A stretch of 64,000 bases of DNA from an archaeon (GTDB lineage Archaea; Thermoproteota; Nitrososphaeria; Conexivisphaerales; UBA164). How positions within the stretch are numbered: position 1 is the stretch's first letter; each line of letters opens with the position of its first letter. Positions 18,791 to 28,707 of the stretch are shown one piece after another. The stretch is from positions 18,037-82,036 of the forward strand of contig JAJYTP010000003.1 of NCBI GenBank assembly GCA_021792955.1, written 5' to 3'. The notes under the pieces are model-generated. The model searched no databases. It had not been told where the DNA came from and saw only the letters and a program-made list of their open reading frames with translations. The position numbers were made by a program, and so were the translations under genes.

Positions 18791-19309
18791 ATGTGGGATG
18801 AGACGGAGGGGATGGAGCTGTCCCTTCTGACCGTGGATTCGATAGATGATGCAAGTGGCATCGGCGGGATACCTGCATTCGATATACTCAGGAATTACGC
18901 GTTCATGGATGAGCCGGACCCTCACTTCATTTATATCGTTGATGAAAGGGACCTGGCAAGGATGTCAAGCTCTAGTGATTTCGTAGTCCAGTTCAGCGGC
19001 CTGTTAAGAAGGGGGAAGTTCTCTACAGGGGGCCCATGGCAGATCAGGTCACCCACTCCATATGACCTTCTTGTGAGCACCGAAGTGGGGCTTGTAACCG
19101 CCCAGCAGGTCCTGGTGGAAATGGCTGCTCTGGGACGCGGCAACGCTACGAGGGTAATAAGGGAAGTAAATAGGGGATTCCTTGAAGTGTTTGGCGAAGA
19201 ACCTGAAGCGCTGAAGCCTGCCCTGAAGGAGGGCTCGAAGCTCAGCCCTTCAAAATCGCTCAAACTGCTAGAAAGGGTGATAAGGGAGCTGTACAGTCTA
19301 CCACTATAG
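18791..19309 (+). CDS. Hypothetical protein, third gene of the TIM-barrel/NTase trio
   Basis: 172 aa from the ATG 5 nt after the upstream stop (the ORF track starts at TTG 18767). I recognised no motif. Confidence 0.4.
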   Translation: MWDETEGMELSLLTVDSIDDASGIGGIPAFDILRNYAFMDEPDPHFIYIVDERDLARMSSSSDFVVQFSGLLRRGKFSTGGPWQIRSPTPYDLLVSTEVGLVTAQQVLVEMAALGRGNATRVIREVNRGFLEVFGEEPEALKPALKEGSKLSPSKSLKLLERVIRELYSLPL

Positions 19310-19637
19310 GGATTTGGAGGCAGCGGTAAAACATAAGCGTGCGGTACATATATTTCTCAACCGATGCAGGGCATCATTACGTGACTTAATAACAAAGGCA
19401 TTCCGCCTCTGAGATCGCGCCGATGCTTGATGTATAAAAGCGCGCTTTCCTAAATTTCATTTTTTATATGCCCATCGCGGTATAATTCCATGCGCGTCAA
19501 TTTAGTGAAGGTTAGATGAGATGAACAGGTACATAAAGGGGGAGTACTTCAAGGATCGCCCTAAGAAGGAACAATTTATCGAATCGGGAAGCAATCCCCC
19601 GACTGATGAATCCATTGATGTATAGCCCTCAGAGGGC

Positions 19638-20291
19638 TTATGCGCTTGGACCTTTCTTCTTGCGGGAGAAGAAGCCCAGCCAAAGAAGCAGTATACCGAT
19701 AAATTCCGCATAATAAAGGAATGCCGGGAATTGAACTATGTATAGCGTCCCTGCTATGCTTACAACCACCGTTCCAGCTATAATGGAAAGCATCTTCTTT
19801 GAATGAGTTCTCCAGTAGGTGACCGCGGCAACGGCCACGAGGACCACGGCAGCTGGGAATGTGATTATCGAGGATACCAGTGTAACCGATAATGGTAGCA
19901 GCCCGAAGACGACATAGCCAGTTATGATATCGCCTATATATGAAACGGCTACAAAGTAGAGAGCCGCCAAGGTCGAAAGTACGGTAAATATATAATACGA
20001 ATACCTTATCGCTCTGGAGCCGACTAGCTGGATAGAGCCAAGCGCTAGAAGTTCGACAAGCAAGGAGACCAAGAACAGATATGATTTTATCAACGGCTGG
20101 CTGTATATACCCAGGGCAAATACTATCTCCAGCATTACACTGATCGCAAATACCCACATCCCAGCGCTCCAGTACAAAAGGCTCCGTGTCTTCTTTGCAA
20201 CGTAATTCATCGTAAGATAGGCAGCCAGTATGGCGCTTAACACGAAGATCAGGCCTGTTGAAAACAGGACAAGAGACTGCTCAAACAGCAT
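19638..20291 (-). CDS. Polytopic membrane protein, unknown function
   Basis: 217 aa with about 7 hydrophobic segments. The overlapping ORF 19576-20157 is an alternative-frame shadow. Confidence 0.5.
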   Translation of the reverse strand: MLFEQSLVLFSTGLIFVLSAILAAYLTMNYVAKKTRSLLYWSAGMWVFAISVMLEIVFALGIYSQPLIKSYLFLVSLLVELLALGSIQLVGSRAIRYSYYIFTVLSTLAALYFVAVSYIGDIITGYVVFGLLPLSVTLVSSIITFPAAVVLVAVAAVTYWRTHSKKMLSIIAGTVVVSIAGTLYIVQFPAFLYYAEFIGILLLWLGFFSRKKKGPSA

Positions 20292-20348
20292 GTAATGAGC
20301 GTCCTATCGGCCATTAATATACTGTTTGATTATATTGCATGGTTTGAT

Positions 20349-21185
20349 TTATTTAATCACAAGCTCCTCGGCTGTTTTCTTCTCGTCGATATATTCGTGG
20401 TAATCTTGCACGGGCGTCTCCAGTATCATGGGCCTCTGCTGTATTATTCCGTTGTTAAGAAATACCCCGAACCCCTTCCTTCCTATGAACCCCCTCCCGA
20501 TCCTAGCATGTCTATCAAGGCCTGATCCAAGCCCTTTCATAGAATCGTTAAGGTGAATCAACCTGAACCGCTTTAACCCAATGAACCTATCGATATCCTC
20601 TATCATGCCTAAAAGCCCTTTTTCTAAGGCCAGATCGTAACCAGCAGCGTAAGCATGGCATGTATCCAGCACCAGCCCTACGCGCTCATCCCCAACCTCA
20701 TTGATTATCCACCCTATATCCTCGAACCTGGACCCCACGCTATTGGCCTGTCCGGCCATATTTTCAAGCAAAACCATCGTACCTCCCGTCATGGAGCCGA
20801 GCGCCTTCCTTAGACAGGTAACTACCCGACTTTTACCGTAGTCAATCCCCTTGCCTAGATGGCTGCCTACGTGCGCAACTATAAAGTCGAGCTGCAACTG
20901 CTCAGCCCGCCTGATCTCTTCGGATAGGGAAGCTATCGACTTCTCAAATACGTCATCCCTTGGTGAAGCCAGATTGGGCAGATAGGGCATGTGTGAATTT
21001 ATTGAAACAAATCGGTTCCCCCTCTTTCTTTTAAATTCATCAGCGCCGTTAATTGGCGGGTACCCCCATCCCCTAGGGGATCTGGTGAAGATCTGAAACG
21101 TTTTGAACCCTAATTCATCAGCCCTATCTATCGAACTGTCTATACCGCCAGCAATTGGAAGGTGCGCACCGATGGTAATCTTCAT
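20349..21185 (-). CDS. nfo: Endonuclease IV (AP endonuclease family 2)
   Basis: 278 aa. It has IGAHLPIAGG, FQIFTRSPRGW, AHVGSHLG, LLENMAGQ, DTCHAYAAGYD and LIHLNDS. Confidence 0.85.
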   Translation of the reverse strand: MKITIGAHLPIAGGIDSSIDRADELGFKTFQIFTRSPRGWGYPPINGADEFKRKRGNRFVSINSHMPYLPNLASPRDDVFEKSIASLSEEIRRAEQLQLDFIVAHVGSHLGKGIDYGKSRVVTCLRKALGSMTGGTMVLLENMAGQANSVGSRFEDIGWIINEVGDERVGLVLDTCHAYAAGYDLALEKGLLGMIEDIDRFIGLKRFRLIHLNDSMKGLGSGLDRHARIGRGFIGRKGFGVFLNNGIIQQRPMILETPVQDYHEYIDEKKTAEELVIK

Positions 21186-21248
21186 ATGCGACCAGGCACA
21201 TACGTTCCTGAAATATCTTTCCCCTGATCTGTGTTCGCCGGTTTAAAT

Positions 21249-21677
21249 CTAGCTTTCATCCTTTTGCTGCTGCGCCTTCTGTTTCCTTGAAGCACGCTGT
21301 TTTGGCGCAGCCGCCGCATTTTCAACCGGCTGGCTCGTTGTATTATTTGCAGGTGGAGCTGCCGTTGTGTTTGTCTGTTCTGGTGGGGTGGCGGTCGCGT
21401 TTGACTGTGTTTCAGGTGCGACAACGGTGGTGGCTGGACTGTCCTGTCCTGCGGCGTCGGCCGGTTTGGATGGTTCTTCCACAATAGGCTTTGGCGCTGG
21501 GGTGGTCATAAGAGTGTAACCTATCCATGCCAGAATCACCAGCACCGCTGCGATCGCTATGAAAGCGGTTATCTGAAGTACTATCAGCGGAAAGTAGATA
21601 TCAACAAACGCATAAAATATAATTACTATTATGCTTGCAATCATTATAAGGGCGCCTAAGGCTTGATCTTTACTCAA
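21249..21677 (-). CDS. Small membrane protein with Pro/Thr/Ala/Gln-rich low-complexity tail
   Basis: 142 aa with two N-terminal TM helices, then PAPKPIVEEPSKPADAAG...TTAAPPANNTTSQP. Confidence 0.4.
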   Translation of the reverse strand: MSKDQALGALIMIASIIVIIFYAFVDIYFPLIVLQITAFIAIAAVLVILAWIGYTLMTTPAPKPIVEEPSKPADAAGQDSPATTVVAPETQSNATATPPEQTNTTAAPPANNTTSQPVENAAAAPKQRASRKQKAQQQKDES

Positions 21678-21827
21678 ATTACATCGATGTATCCTTCTTT
21701 AAATTGGCTTAAATATCTTTCGTCGCTTCGGTTTATAATATCTTTTCATATGGTCATACCCATTATATCAATGAAACTCAGGCTGGTGCGGATAAGGATT
21801 TAAGAAGGTATATCTGTCCTTTTACAC

Positions 21828-22073
21828 GTGCGGCTGCGCCCCATCCTGCTGTTGTTTGGTTTCATGCTTATCATAGTTGGCATCATACTGGTCTTTATAG
21901 GTTCAATAAGTGGCGGCGCGAGCGTAGGGGGCGCGTTCTTTGTATTTCCAATTCCAATCATCATCGTCTTCGGTAAGGATAACGGATTGATCTATCCCAT
22001 TATAGTGCTGGCGTTGCTCTTCTTCCTGATAATGCTTGTGATCTCCATCTTAGGCTTCAGGCACGCGGATTGA
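21828..22073 (+). CDS. Small two/three-TM membrane protein (DUF131-like)
   Basis: 81 aa with a GTG start and strongly hydrophobic. It resembles the small archaeal membrane protein family as I recall it. Confidence 0.4.
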   Translation: MRLRPILLLFGFMLIIVGIILVFIGSISGGASVGGAFFVFPIPIIIVFGKDNGLIYPIIVLALLFFLIMLVISILGFRHAD

Positions 22074-22075
22074 TA

Positions 22076-23971
22076 TCAGATGCCGAGTTTCCTCCTTACC
22101 TCTTCGTTTACAATGCTACCGTCTATCTTCCCTCGAACGCGCTCCATGACCCTTCCCATCAGGATTCCATACGCCTTTTTATTGTCCGTTCCCTTAAGCT
22201 TTTCCAGCTCCTCGGATATGATGGCACGCAGGTCGTCGGTTGAGATACCGGTTAGCCCTAGCCTTTTGATGGATTCCTTAACCGACAGGCCATCCTTGAG
22301 AGAAATGCGTAGTATCTCGGCGATGGCCTCCTTTCCTATCGACCCCTTATTCAGCAGGTCAAATACCTCAAATACGCTATCCCTTTGAAGCTGGCCAAGC
22401 CCTTCACGTCTGAGCATTATGGCTACCTCCGTGAGCGTTGCGGCCACTATCGATGGAGGCATATCATACCTCTCCATCGCCTCGGTGAACCAGTTCAGAT
22501 AATCGGAATCAAGGATGTTCACTGCCAGATCCCTAGATAACTGATATTTCTCCATGAACTCCTTGACGGTCTGGTCCCAGTCCTTTATCTGCAGGCTGAA
22601 TTCCCGTTTCATAGCCTCTGAAACTACAGTTGTAGGTATGTCGGTCTCTGGATACATCCTGGAGGAGCCGGGCCTTGGCCTGAGGAACCGTGTCGAACCA
22701 TCGGCCATCGCCATTCTGGTTTCCGATGGAGGGCCCCTGAGTGCCATCATAAGCCTTGCCCTAAGGCTCTTAAGACAGCTGACTGCGGCCTCCCTTTCTC
22801 CCTTCAAAATGATATAAGCATCGCCGTCTCTTATGTTCATTGCTGCCGATATCCTCTCCATGGCGGCTTCGTCTATGTTATAGGCCGGTAGCTCATCAGA
22901 ATGAATGACGCCGTTGAACCCCATGAACCTTGAGATATCCGCCAAGTCCTTGCCAAGCCTTCCATCCTTAACCTTTTCCCTCTTCAGGAGGCCTGAGAAG
23001 CCGGGCGCCCTTAGGCAGAACGCCCTTAGGTTTCCCTTCAGCCCTTCCCCAAGCATATCGGTTATGTCAAGGGGCTCCCCCTCAAAGTCCTTCTCCGATA
23101 CCCCTCTCTGCTTGAGTATTTCTGCAAGCTCTACCAGCCACAGTTGCCTCCCTTGTTCATACGATATGACCTTGCTTATAGTTTCAAGCTTCTGCACACC
23201 TTTGACCTCTACAATGCCGCTTTCGCCCACAGAAACGTTAACGTCCTGCCTTATGGTTCCGAGGCCGCTTGCAAACAGCCCCGTCAGTTTAAGCGTCCGG
23301 CCCAGAGATTCAGCCATTGATTGTACATCCTCAGATTTCATTTCCACCGGCTCGAGCGCGATCTCCACCAGTGGGATGCCCAGCCTGTCAAGATCGTATT
23401 TTGGACCTGCAGCGGTCCTTTCGATCAGCCTTGCAGCATCCTCCTCAAGGCATATTGATTGGACGCCAACCGATGTGCCCTTATATCCGAACGCGCCTCC
23501 AAGGGCTACTACCGCAGTCCTCTGGAAGCCGGCCGTGTTGGAGCCATCTATAACCGTCTTGCGCATGACGTGAATTTCGTCCATGATATCGGACTGAAAG
23601 ATATTGGCGGTTATTATCGCCGTCCTCAGCGCCTCCTCATTGAGGGGGTGTGGCGGCTCTTCATCGGCCTCCACCAGACAGCTGGTTCCCTCTTCGCTTA
23701 CATAATCTATGACTACGTTCTTTCTCATTTCAAACTCTGCCGCCGGGTCCAAGGTTCCGAGTTCCCCAGCGGTAGCACGGAGCACCCTCCTGAATTCAAC
23801 CCTTCCCTGCCCTGCCTGCGGATCTGGGCAGTTGCAGAACAGCTTGTGTTGCGTGTTTAACTGAAGGTGTATTTCCAGCCCTACCCTAATCCTGCTCAAC
23901 CGACAACCACCTCCTTCCGGTGACCTCTCCTCGAAGGTCCAATGGCATTTGTCCTGTGGCGTTGAGCCCAT
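22076..23971 (-). CDS. gatE: Glutamyl-tRNA(Gln) amidotransferase subunit E
   Basis: 631 aa. It has VGLEIHLQLNT...KLFCNC and a GatB/E core plus C-terminal YqeY-like tail. The track start overlaps gatD by 86 nt. A TTG at 23899-23897 just before VGLEIH is an alternative start. Confidence 0.9.
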   Translation of the reverse strand: MGSTPQDKCHWTFEERSPEGGGCRLSRIRVGLEIHLQLNTQHKLFCNCPDPQAGQGRVEFRRVLRATAGELGTLDPAAEFEMRKNVVIDYVSEEGTSCLVEADEEPPHPLNEEALRTAIITANIFQSDIMDEIHVMRKTVIDGSNTAGFQRTAVVALGGAFGYKGTSVGVQSICLEEDAARLIERTAAGPKYDLDRLGIPLVEIALEPVEMKSEDVQSMAESLGRTLKLTGLFASGLGTIRQDVNVSVGESGIVEVKGVQKLETISKVISYEQGRQLWLVELAEILKQRGVSEKDFEGEPLDITDMLGEGLKGNLRAFCLRAPGFSGLLKREKVKDGRLGKDLADISRFMGFNGVIHSDELPAYNIDEAAMERISAAMNIRDGDAYIILKGEREAAVSCLKSLRARLMMALRGPPSETRMAMADGSTRFLRPRPGSSRMYPETDIPTTVVSEAMKREFSLQIKDWDQTVKEFMEKYQLSRDLAVNILDSDYLNWFTEAMERYDMPPSIVAATLTEVAIMLRREGLGQLQRDSVFEVFDLLNKGSIGKEAIAEILRISLKDGLSVKESIKRLGLTGISTDDLRAIISEELEKLKGTDNKKAYGILMGRVMERVRGKIDGSIVNEEVRRKLGI

Positions 23972-25157
23972 TGCCCAGCACCCACATGGATTTTGCCAGC
24001 GCTACTTCAGAAAGCATATCGCCCAGCGGAACTACACCGGCGGACAGCAGGTCACGCCCGGTTTCATAGACGTTCAAGTTCACCGACCCCCAGATACACT
24101 GGGATGTCATCCCAAAGAATACCCCCTTCTTGATCCCTTCCGTTATGGGCTGGATAAGGTCTTCAGAAACGTGGCCTAGCCCGCCGCCCTCAATTATTAT
24201 GGCCCTGACGCCCTCGTCCACCAGGAATTTAAAGTAACTCCCTTTCATGCCAGGGAAGAACTTCACCAGTGCTGCACGATCATCGAAGTTAGGCCTCACG
24301 ATGAATTCCCCCTTGCCCCCTATGACCGTGTTTTCGTTAAGGGCCAGGCCCTTGATATAGGCTACAGGCCGCCTATTGACCGAGTGAAATGCGTTTCTCC
24401 GGCTGGTATGGTTCTTTCTGACACGGACCCCCAAATGGATAGCGATGGAATCATCGCTCAGTCCAGAATGCATGGCAATGAACACCCCCCTTGACCGTGA
24501 AGATGAAGCGAATTTGAAGGCGCCAATAAGGTTGGTCGCAGCATCTGATGACGGGCGATCAGAGGACCTCTGTGAGCCCACCAGCACCACCGGCCCTGGC
24601 GGATTTTCAAGTGCGAAGGAAAGCGCCGCGGCGGTGTAGTGCATGGTATCCGTTCCGTGGGCTATAACCACGCCCCTGAACCCGGCTAGAAAGGCCTCCT
24701 GCACCGCTTTGGCGATCACAGTCCAGTCCGATGGCCTGATGTTCTCACTAAGAACGCTCATGAGCGACCTTATTGAAAAGGAAGCTATAGATCCAAGCTC
24801 CGGTATAAGCGCCGCTAACTCCTTAGAAGAAAACGCCGGCTTGACGGCCCCGGTCCTGTAATCAACCCTGCTTGCTATTGTCCCGCCGGTGCTTAGCAGT
24901 AGTATATCACCGTGAATTTGGCCGCCCTCACTGGGGATTACCGTGGCTTCGCTGCCCTTGGCTTCATCGCCGCGCTTGATTACACTGGATTCCAGTATCC
25001 TGTCCAGCGACAGGCCTATATTGTAGCCGTTCTTCAACTTGATTGTTATATGCTCCGGCCCTTCATACTGGGTCCTTGGCATGACCAGTCCTTCGTAAGA
25101 TTGGCTCTTTACCTTGATCCTGACAAGATCCCCCGGTTTAAAATCGATTGTATTCAA
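23886..25157 (-). CDS. gatD: Glutamyl-tRNA(Gln) amidotransferase subunit D (asparaginase-like)
   Basis: 423 aa. It has LLSTGGTIAS, VIAHGTDTMHYTAAALSF and the asparaginase fold motifs. It lies directly upstream of gatE. Confidence 0.9.
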   Translation of the reverse strand: MNTIDFKPGDLVRIKVKSQSYEGLVMPRTQYEGPEHITIKLKNGYNIGLSLDRILESSVIKRGDEAKGSEATVIPSEGGQIHGDILLLSTGGTIASRVDYRTGAVKPAFSSKELAALIPELGSIASFSIRSLMSVLSENIRPSDWTVIAKAVQEAFLAGFRGVVIAHGTDTMHYTAAALSFALENPPGPVVLVGSQRSSDRPSSDAATNLIGAFKFASSSRSRGVFIAMHSGLSDDSIAIHLGVRVRKNHTSRRNAFHSVNRRPVAYIKGLALNENTVIGGKGEFIVRPNFDDRAALVKFFPGMKGSYFKFLVDEGVRAIIIEGGGLGHVSEDLIQPITEGIKKGVFFGMTSQCIWGSVNLNVYETGRDLLSAGVVPLGDMLSEVALAKSMWVLGNGLNATGQMPLDLRGEVTGRRWLSVEQD

Positions 25158-25339
25158 TGACCCCGTTCTATGGGATATATCCTTTTAACCATATCGCTGT
25201 CCCGCCATCTTCTCCCTCACAGGTCCTTTTCTAGTGGATACGCGAGCCGATAACCACTGGTTAAGGCATCCTCCGGACCGTCATCCTTCAGCTGAGCCAC
25301 CGTAAAACGCTTATATATTAACTGGTTTCATTCAGGACT

Positions 25340-25873
25340 ATGCTGCCCGATCTGAGCGAGCTGAGGGAAATGCGTAATGAACTGGGGTTAAGCGTCCAGC
25401 AGCTTTCAAGGGCATTGAACATACCGGAAAGGACCATACTCATGATAGAAGGGGGAAAAACCTGCAGGTCCTATGCGACCATCAAGAAGATCTTCGATTT
25501 CCTTGAAGCCAGTAAGGCCGGTGACAGGAGGATAGTTCGAGAGATAGCAAATACCGGAATAGTCTGGGGCAATCCGACCATGAAGGTTAAGGAGGCGATG
25601 GGCGTCCTGCTGGAGAGGGGCTTCTCTCAGTTGCCTGTAAAGGATAAATTTGGAAGGGTGGTGGGTATAGTAGGCGAAAAGAAGCTCCTGGATGCAAAAA
25701 ACGGCGAGGAGCCCATAATGGACTTCCTGAGCGATGACTTCATCATAGTTGATGGCCAGATGCCTGCGCGCATAGCCAGGGACCTGCTTAAACATTTATC
25801 CGTCATCCTTGTCAATGATCGAGGGTCGATTTCAGGAATAGTAACGAGGTCGGACTACCTTAAGAGCCTGTGA
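25340..25873 (+). CDS. Transcriptional regulator, XRE-type HTH fused to CBS domain pair
   Basis: 177 aa. It has LGLSVQQLSRALNIPERTILMIEGG (HTH), then CBS-like SQLPVKDKFGRVVGIV and VNDRGSISGIVTRSD. Confidence 0.7.
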   Translation: MLPDLSELREMRNELGLSVQQLSRALNIPERTILMIEGGKTCRSYATIKKIFDFLEASKAGDRRIVREIANTGIVWGNPTMKVKEAMGVLLERGFSQLPVKDKFGRVVGIVGEKKLLDAKNGEEPIMDFLSDDFIIVDGQMPARIARDLLKHLSVILVNDRGSISGIVTRSDYLKSL

Positions 25874-25988
25874 TACAGCAAATGAGAAATTTCGTTTATT
25901 GTACGCCGCATGCCCTGCGGCATAAGTGGGGGTCGCCATCTGTCGCATCAATTGTTAATAAGGGGAACAACGTTGGGGGATTGAACAG

Positions 25989-26705
25989 TTGAAGGAATTC
26001 TGGTTCATGGGCCATAACGATTACATCAACCTGCTTTATCTTCCCTACACCGCGATAGTATTCAGTTTCATAATAGATGGGATGGTACTTTCCGGGGTCC
26101 CTGATATCATGGGCGATATCCTGCTGCTGGTGGCATATTTCTTCGGCCTGGGCATTTCGGCCCATTATCTCAACGAAGCATATTCCCACAGGCTGATGGA
26201 TAGGGGGAGGGCATCGGTTCTCAAGATCATAGGGACAGCGTCTCTTATAGTAGCGGCTGGCCTAGGAGGCTATCTGGTGGTAACGCTCTCAAACGTACCT
26301 CTGATAATAATAGGCATAATCGAAGTGCTGGCTGTAATATTATATAACCATCCCAGGTTTAACTCGGCCCATAATGACTTCTTCTTTTCAGTTGCCTGGG
26401 GAGGGCTTCCATCGCTCGCAGGATTTATGCTTGGCCACGAAGTGATTACGGTAAGCGCTCTAGCCCTGTTCGCAGTGACCTCCATCTTGGGCTCCCTGGA
26501 AATAACGCCTAGCAGGCATGTAAAATACTGGAGACGCAGGGATGCGGATATTGAGAAGGTGGTGTTTAAGGACGGAAAGGAAATGCAGTCAAGCATCGAA
26601 CTGATGATCAAAAGGCCTGAGAGGTCCATCAAGCTCCTGAGCGTGCTTTGCTACATCATGCCAGTCCTTCTCTATCTGGTTATTTATAGCCGCTTGACCA
26701 TATAA
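25989..26705 (+). CDS. Polytopic membrane protein, unknown function
   Basis: 238 aa from TTG (an alternative ATG is at 26007), with about 7 TM segments. There is no clear Asp-rich prenyltransferase motif. Confidence 0.45.
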   Translation: MKEFWFMGHNDYINLLYLPYTAIVFSFIIDGMVLSGVPDIMGDILLLVAYFFGLGISAHYLNEAYSHRLMDRGRASVLKIIGTASLIVAAGLGGYLVVTLSNVPLIIIGIIEVLAVILYNHPRFNSAHNDFFFSVAWGGLPSLAGFMLGHEVITVSALALFAVTSILGSLEITPSRHVKYWRRRDADIEKVVFKDGKEMQSSIELMIKRPERSIKLLSVLCYIMPVLLYLVIYSRLTI

Positions 26706-28267
26706 GGGCCCTCGAGGTAATACCCCAGGCGCTGGTAGTAAGCCCTAGTTCCCACTGCGCTTATAACTACCGCCTTCCTCCTGCCGAACTCCTCACGCGC
26801 GATCCGCTCGGCCTCCTCCATCAGATTTTTCCCTATTCCCCTGTGCTGCCACTGGTCCTCATCCCTCTCCCCAAAGCCCAGCTCTTTGCCGTACACCCTT
26901 AATTCCCTTATCAGCACAGCATCCTTTCCCCTGATCTCTTCCCTGTGCGCGCTGTCTGTGGGGATCCTGAGCCTGAGGAAGCCAGCTATATGGCTTTCTT
27001 CATCTTCCCACGAAAGGAAGACCTCCGACCCTCCAGATGCGGGGTAATCGATCCGTTTCATCCTGAAGGAATCAGGGTTAACAGCGCTTATTCCGTTTAG
27101 CCCGACCTCCCTGCACCGTATGCAATTACATCTCTTTCCGTCAGCCTTCAACCTTCTGTGAACCAGTTCCCTGAGGTTGCCGGCCGTGACCCCGCCCTCG
27201 ATCATATAAGCCGGTATATCCCTCTGAATTCTCATGATCCTTATCCAAGGCGGCACGATCTCCTTTACCTTGGCCAGAAGCTCTACCGCGCCCCCTTCAT
27301 CAAGCGGCCTGTAAAGGCCTTTGGAATACATATCATAGAGCTTAGCGGTCCTGATCACAAGCGTAGGATAGATTTTTAGCATGTCCGGCTTGAAGTCATC
27401 TTCAAAAAAGAGCCTCTTAAATGATACAAGATCCCGTTCGGGGCTTGTGAACGGAAGCCCAGGCATCATATGTGCTACGATCTTGAACCCCGCGTCCTTG
27501 GCTACCCTGAAAGCCTCTCTGATGTCCTTCACCGTATTGCCTCGATGCACCTTTAATAGCACTTCGTCATCTAGGATCTGGACGCCCAGCTCCACCCTTG
27601 TGGCGCCGTAATCCAGCATTAAATCCACGTGCCGCTCTCGGCAAAAATCCGGCCTGGTTTCAAACGTCAGGCCTACGCAACGCCGTGCCGCGTTAACGTT
27701 CCTCTCCATGGCGGCCTTCATACTTTCGCTGACATCACCGTTCAGCCCATCGTATATACCCTTGATAAACGACCTCTGGTAATCGTCTGGGAAGCTGAGA
27801 AACGTGCCTCCCATTACCACCACTTCGCTCTTCGAAGTCCTGTGCCCTAACGCCTCCAGTTGCCCTACCCTGCTCCTAACCTGCATGAACGGGTCATAGT
27901 TGTTCTGAGCGCCGCGCATTGCAGCCGGCTCCTTTCCCGTGTAGGATTTTGGGGAGTCGAAGTCTACACCACCCGGGCAGTATATGCACTGGGCCTGTGG
28001 CGGGCAGGGCATGGGCTTCGACATAACAGCTATAACGGAAATTCCGGATAGGTTGCGCACCTGCTTGATCTTCAGCGGGGTTAACATCAGCTTCCTGTCA
28101 TATCCTGATTGCTGTAATACTTCCGAGTTCTTTGGAACCCGTGTTAGCCCGTATTTTCTTGTTACGCTGAGCTTTATTCTCTCTATTTCATCTGCATCTA
28201 GATGCTCGTGTTTAAGGAGCATTTCTGATATTTCCAGCAACGCCTTCTGATAAGACACGGTTCTCAA
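26684..28267 (-). CDS. elp3: Elp3-type tRNA uridine(34) modification enzyme (radical SAM + GNAT acetyltransferase)
   Basis: 527 aa. It has the Cys cluster PCPPQAQCIYCPGG, a radical-SAM barrel and a C-terminal GNAT (HRGIGKNLMEEAERIA). Confidence 0.85.
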   Translation of the reverse strand: MRTVSYQKALLEISEMLLKHEHLDADEIERIKLSVTRKYGLTRVPKNSEVLQQSGYDRKLMLTPLKIKQVRNLSGISVIAVMSKPMPCPPQAQCIYCPGGVDFDSPKSYTGKEPAAMRGAQNNYDPFMQVRSRVGQLEALGHRTSKSEVVVMGGTFLSFPDDYQRSFIKGIYDGLNGDVSESMKAAMERNVNAARRCVGLTFETRPDFCRERHVDLMLDYGATRVELGVQILDDEVLLKVHRGNTVKDIREAFRVAKDAGFKIVAHMMPGLPFTSPERDLVSFKRLFFEDDFKPDMLKIYPTLVIRTAKLYDMYSKGLYRPLDEGGAVELLAKVKEIVPPWIRIMRIQRDIPAYMIEGGVTAGNLRELVHRRLKADGKRCNCIRCREVGLNGISAVNPDSFRMKRIDYPASGGSEVFLSWEDEESHIAGFLRLRIPTDSAHREEIRGKDAVLIRELRVYGKELGFGERDEDQWQHRGIGKNLMEEAERIAREEFGRRKAVVISAVGTRAYYQRLGYYLEGPYMVKRL

Positions 28268-28707
28268 AGCTTATTTTCAGTTAATTATTTAACTTTTGTG
28301 CGATATTTGACTTCAAGACCAAGTCTGCAGATGATTTATAGGCGCGGCAGCGTACGTGTGCAACCGGCCTGTCCGTGCCGCACACCTTTTACCTTATCGC
28401 TCCAAGAGCTTCTCCGGAGCCATCCTATCCACGATTTCTCCAGTCTTTTATCATAGGTGGTCAAGCGGCAGCGTATAAATTGGCTTGTATCAGCTCAGAA
28501 GTGGGTCACCATCCTTGATAGCCGGCTCGATAGCCGGCTCTAGAGCCGTCATAACATCTCACTATCGCTTTTTGCTAATTATATCCGTGGGCAGGGATGG
28601 GCATACCCGAGTTTGCGCCCTTGGAGATGCCTCTGGCGATATATCAGACAGATGTAGGTCATATCTGGGAAACGTTAATTAAAAGCCATGTCATGTAAAG
28701 TCAGAAT

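Noticed and set aside
19521-19625. A 34-codon ORF (MNRYIKGEYFKDRPKKEQFIESGSNPPTDESIDV) followed by the hairpin AGCCCTC-A-GAGGGCT.
   Set aside because: It is too short to support without conservation or expression data. The hairpin overlaps the end of the convergent membrane-protein gene.
22905-23573. A 222-aa plus-strand ORF, with several other long antisense ORFs inside gatE/gatD.
   Set aside because: The Ser/Pro/Leu-rich composition is typical of the reverse frame of a strongly coding gene. It has no start context or motifs.
23886-23971. The 86-nt gatD/gatE overlap as a possible programmed overlap or frameshift.
   Set aside because: It is more simply explained by an alternative gatE start (TTG 23899-23897) just upstream of the conserved VGLEIH. 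No slippery sequence was noticed.
28517-28540. The tandem 12-mers here and the 16-nt duplicate at 62995/63027 as possible CRISPR or mini-array.
   Set aside because: There are only two units each, with no spacer-repeat periodicity and no cas genes. I treated them as candidate regulatory repeats instead.
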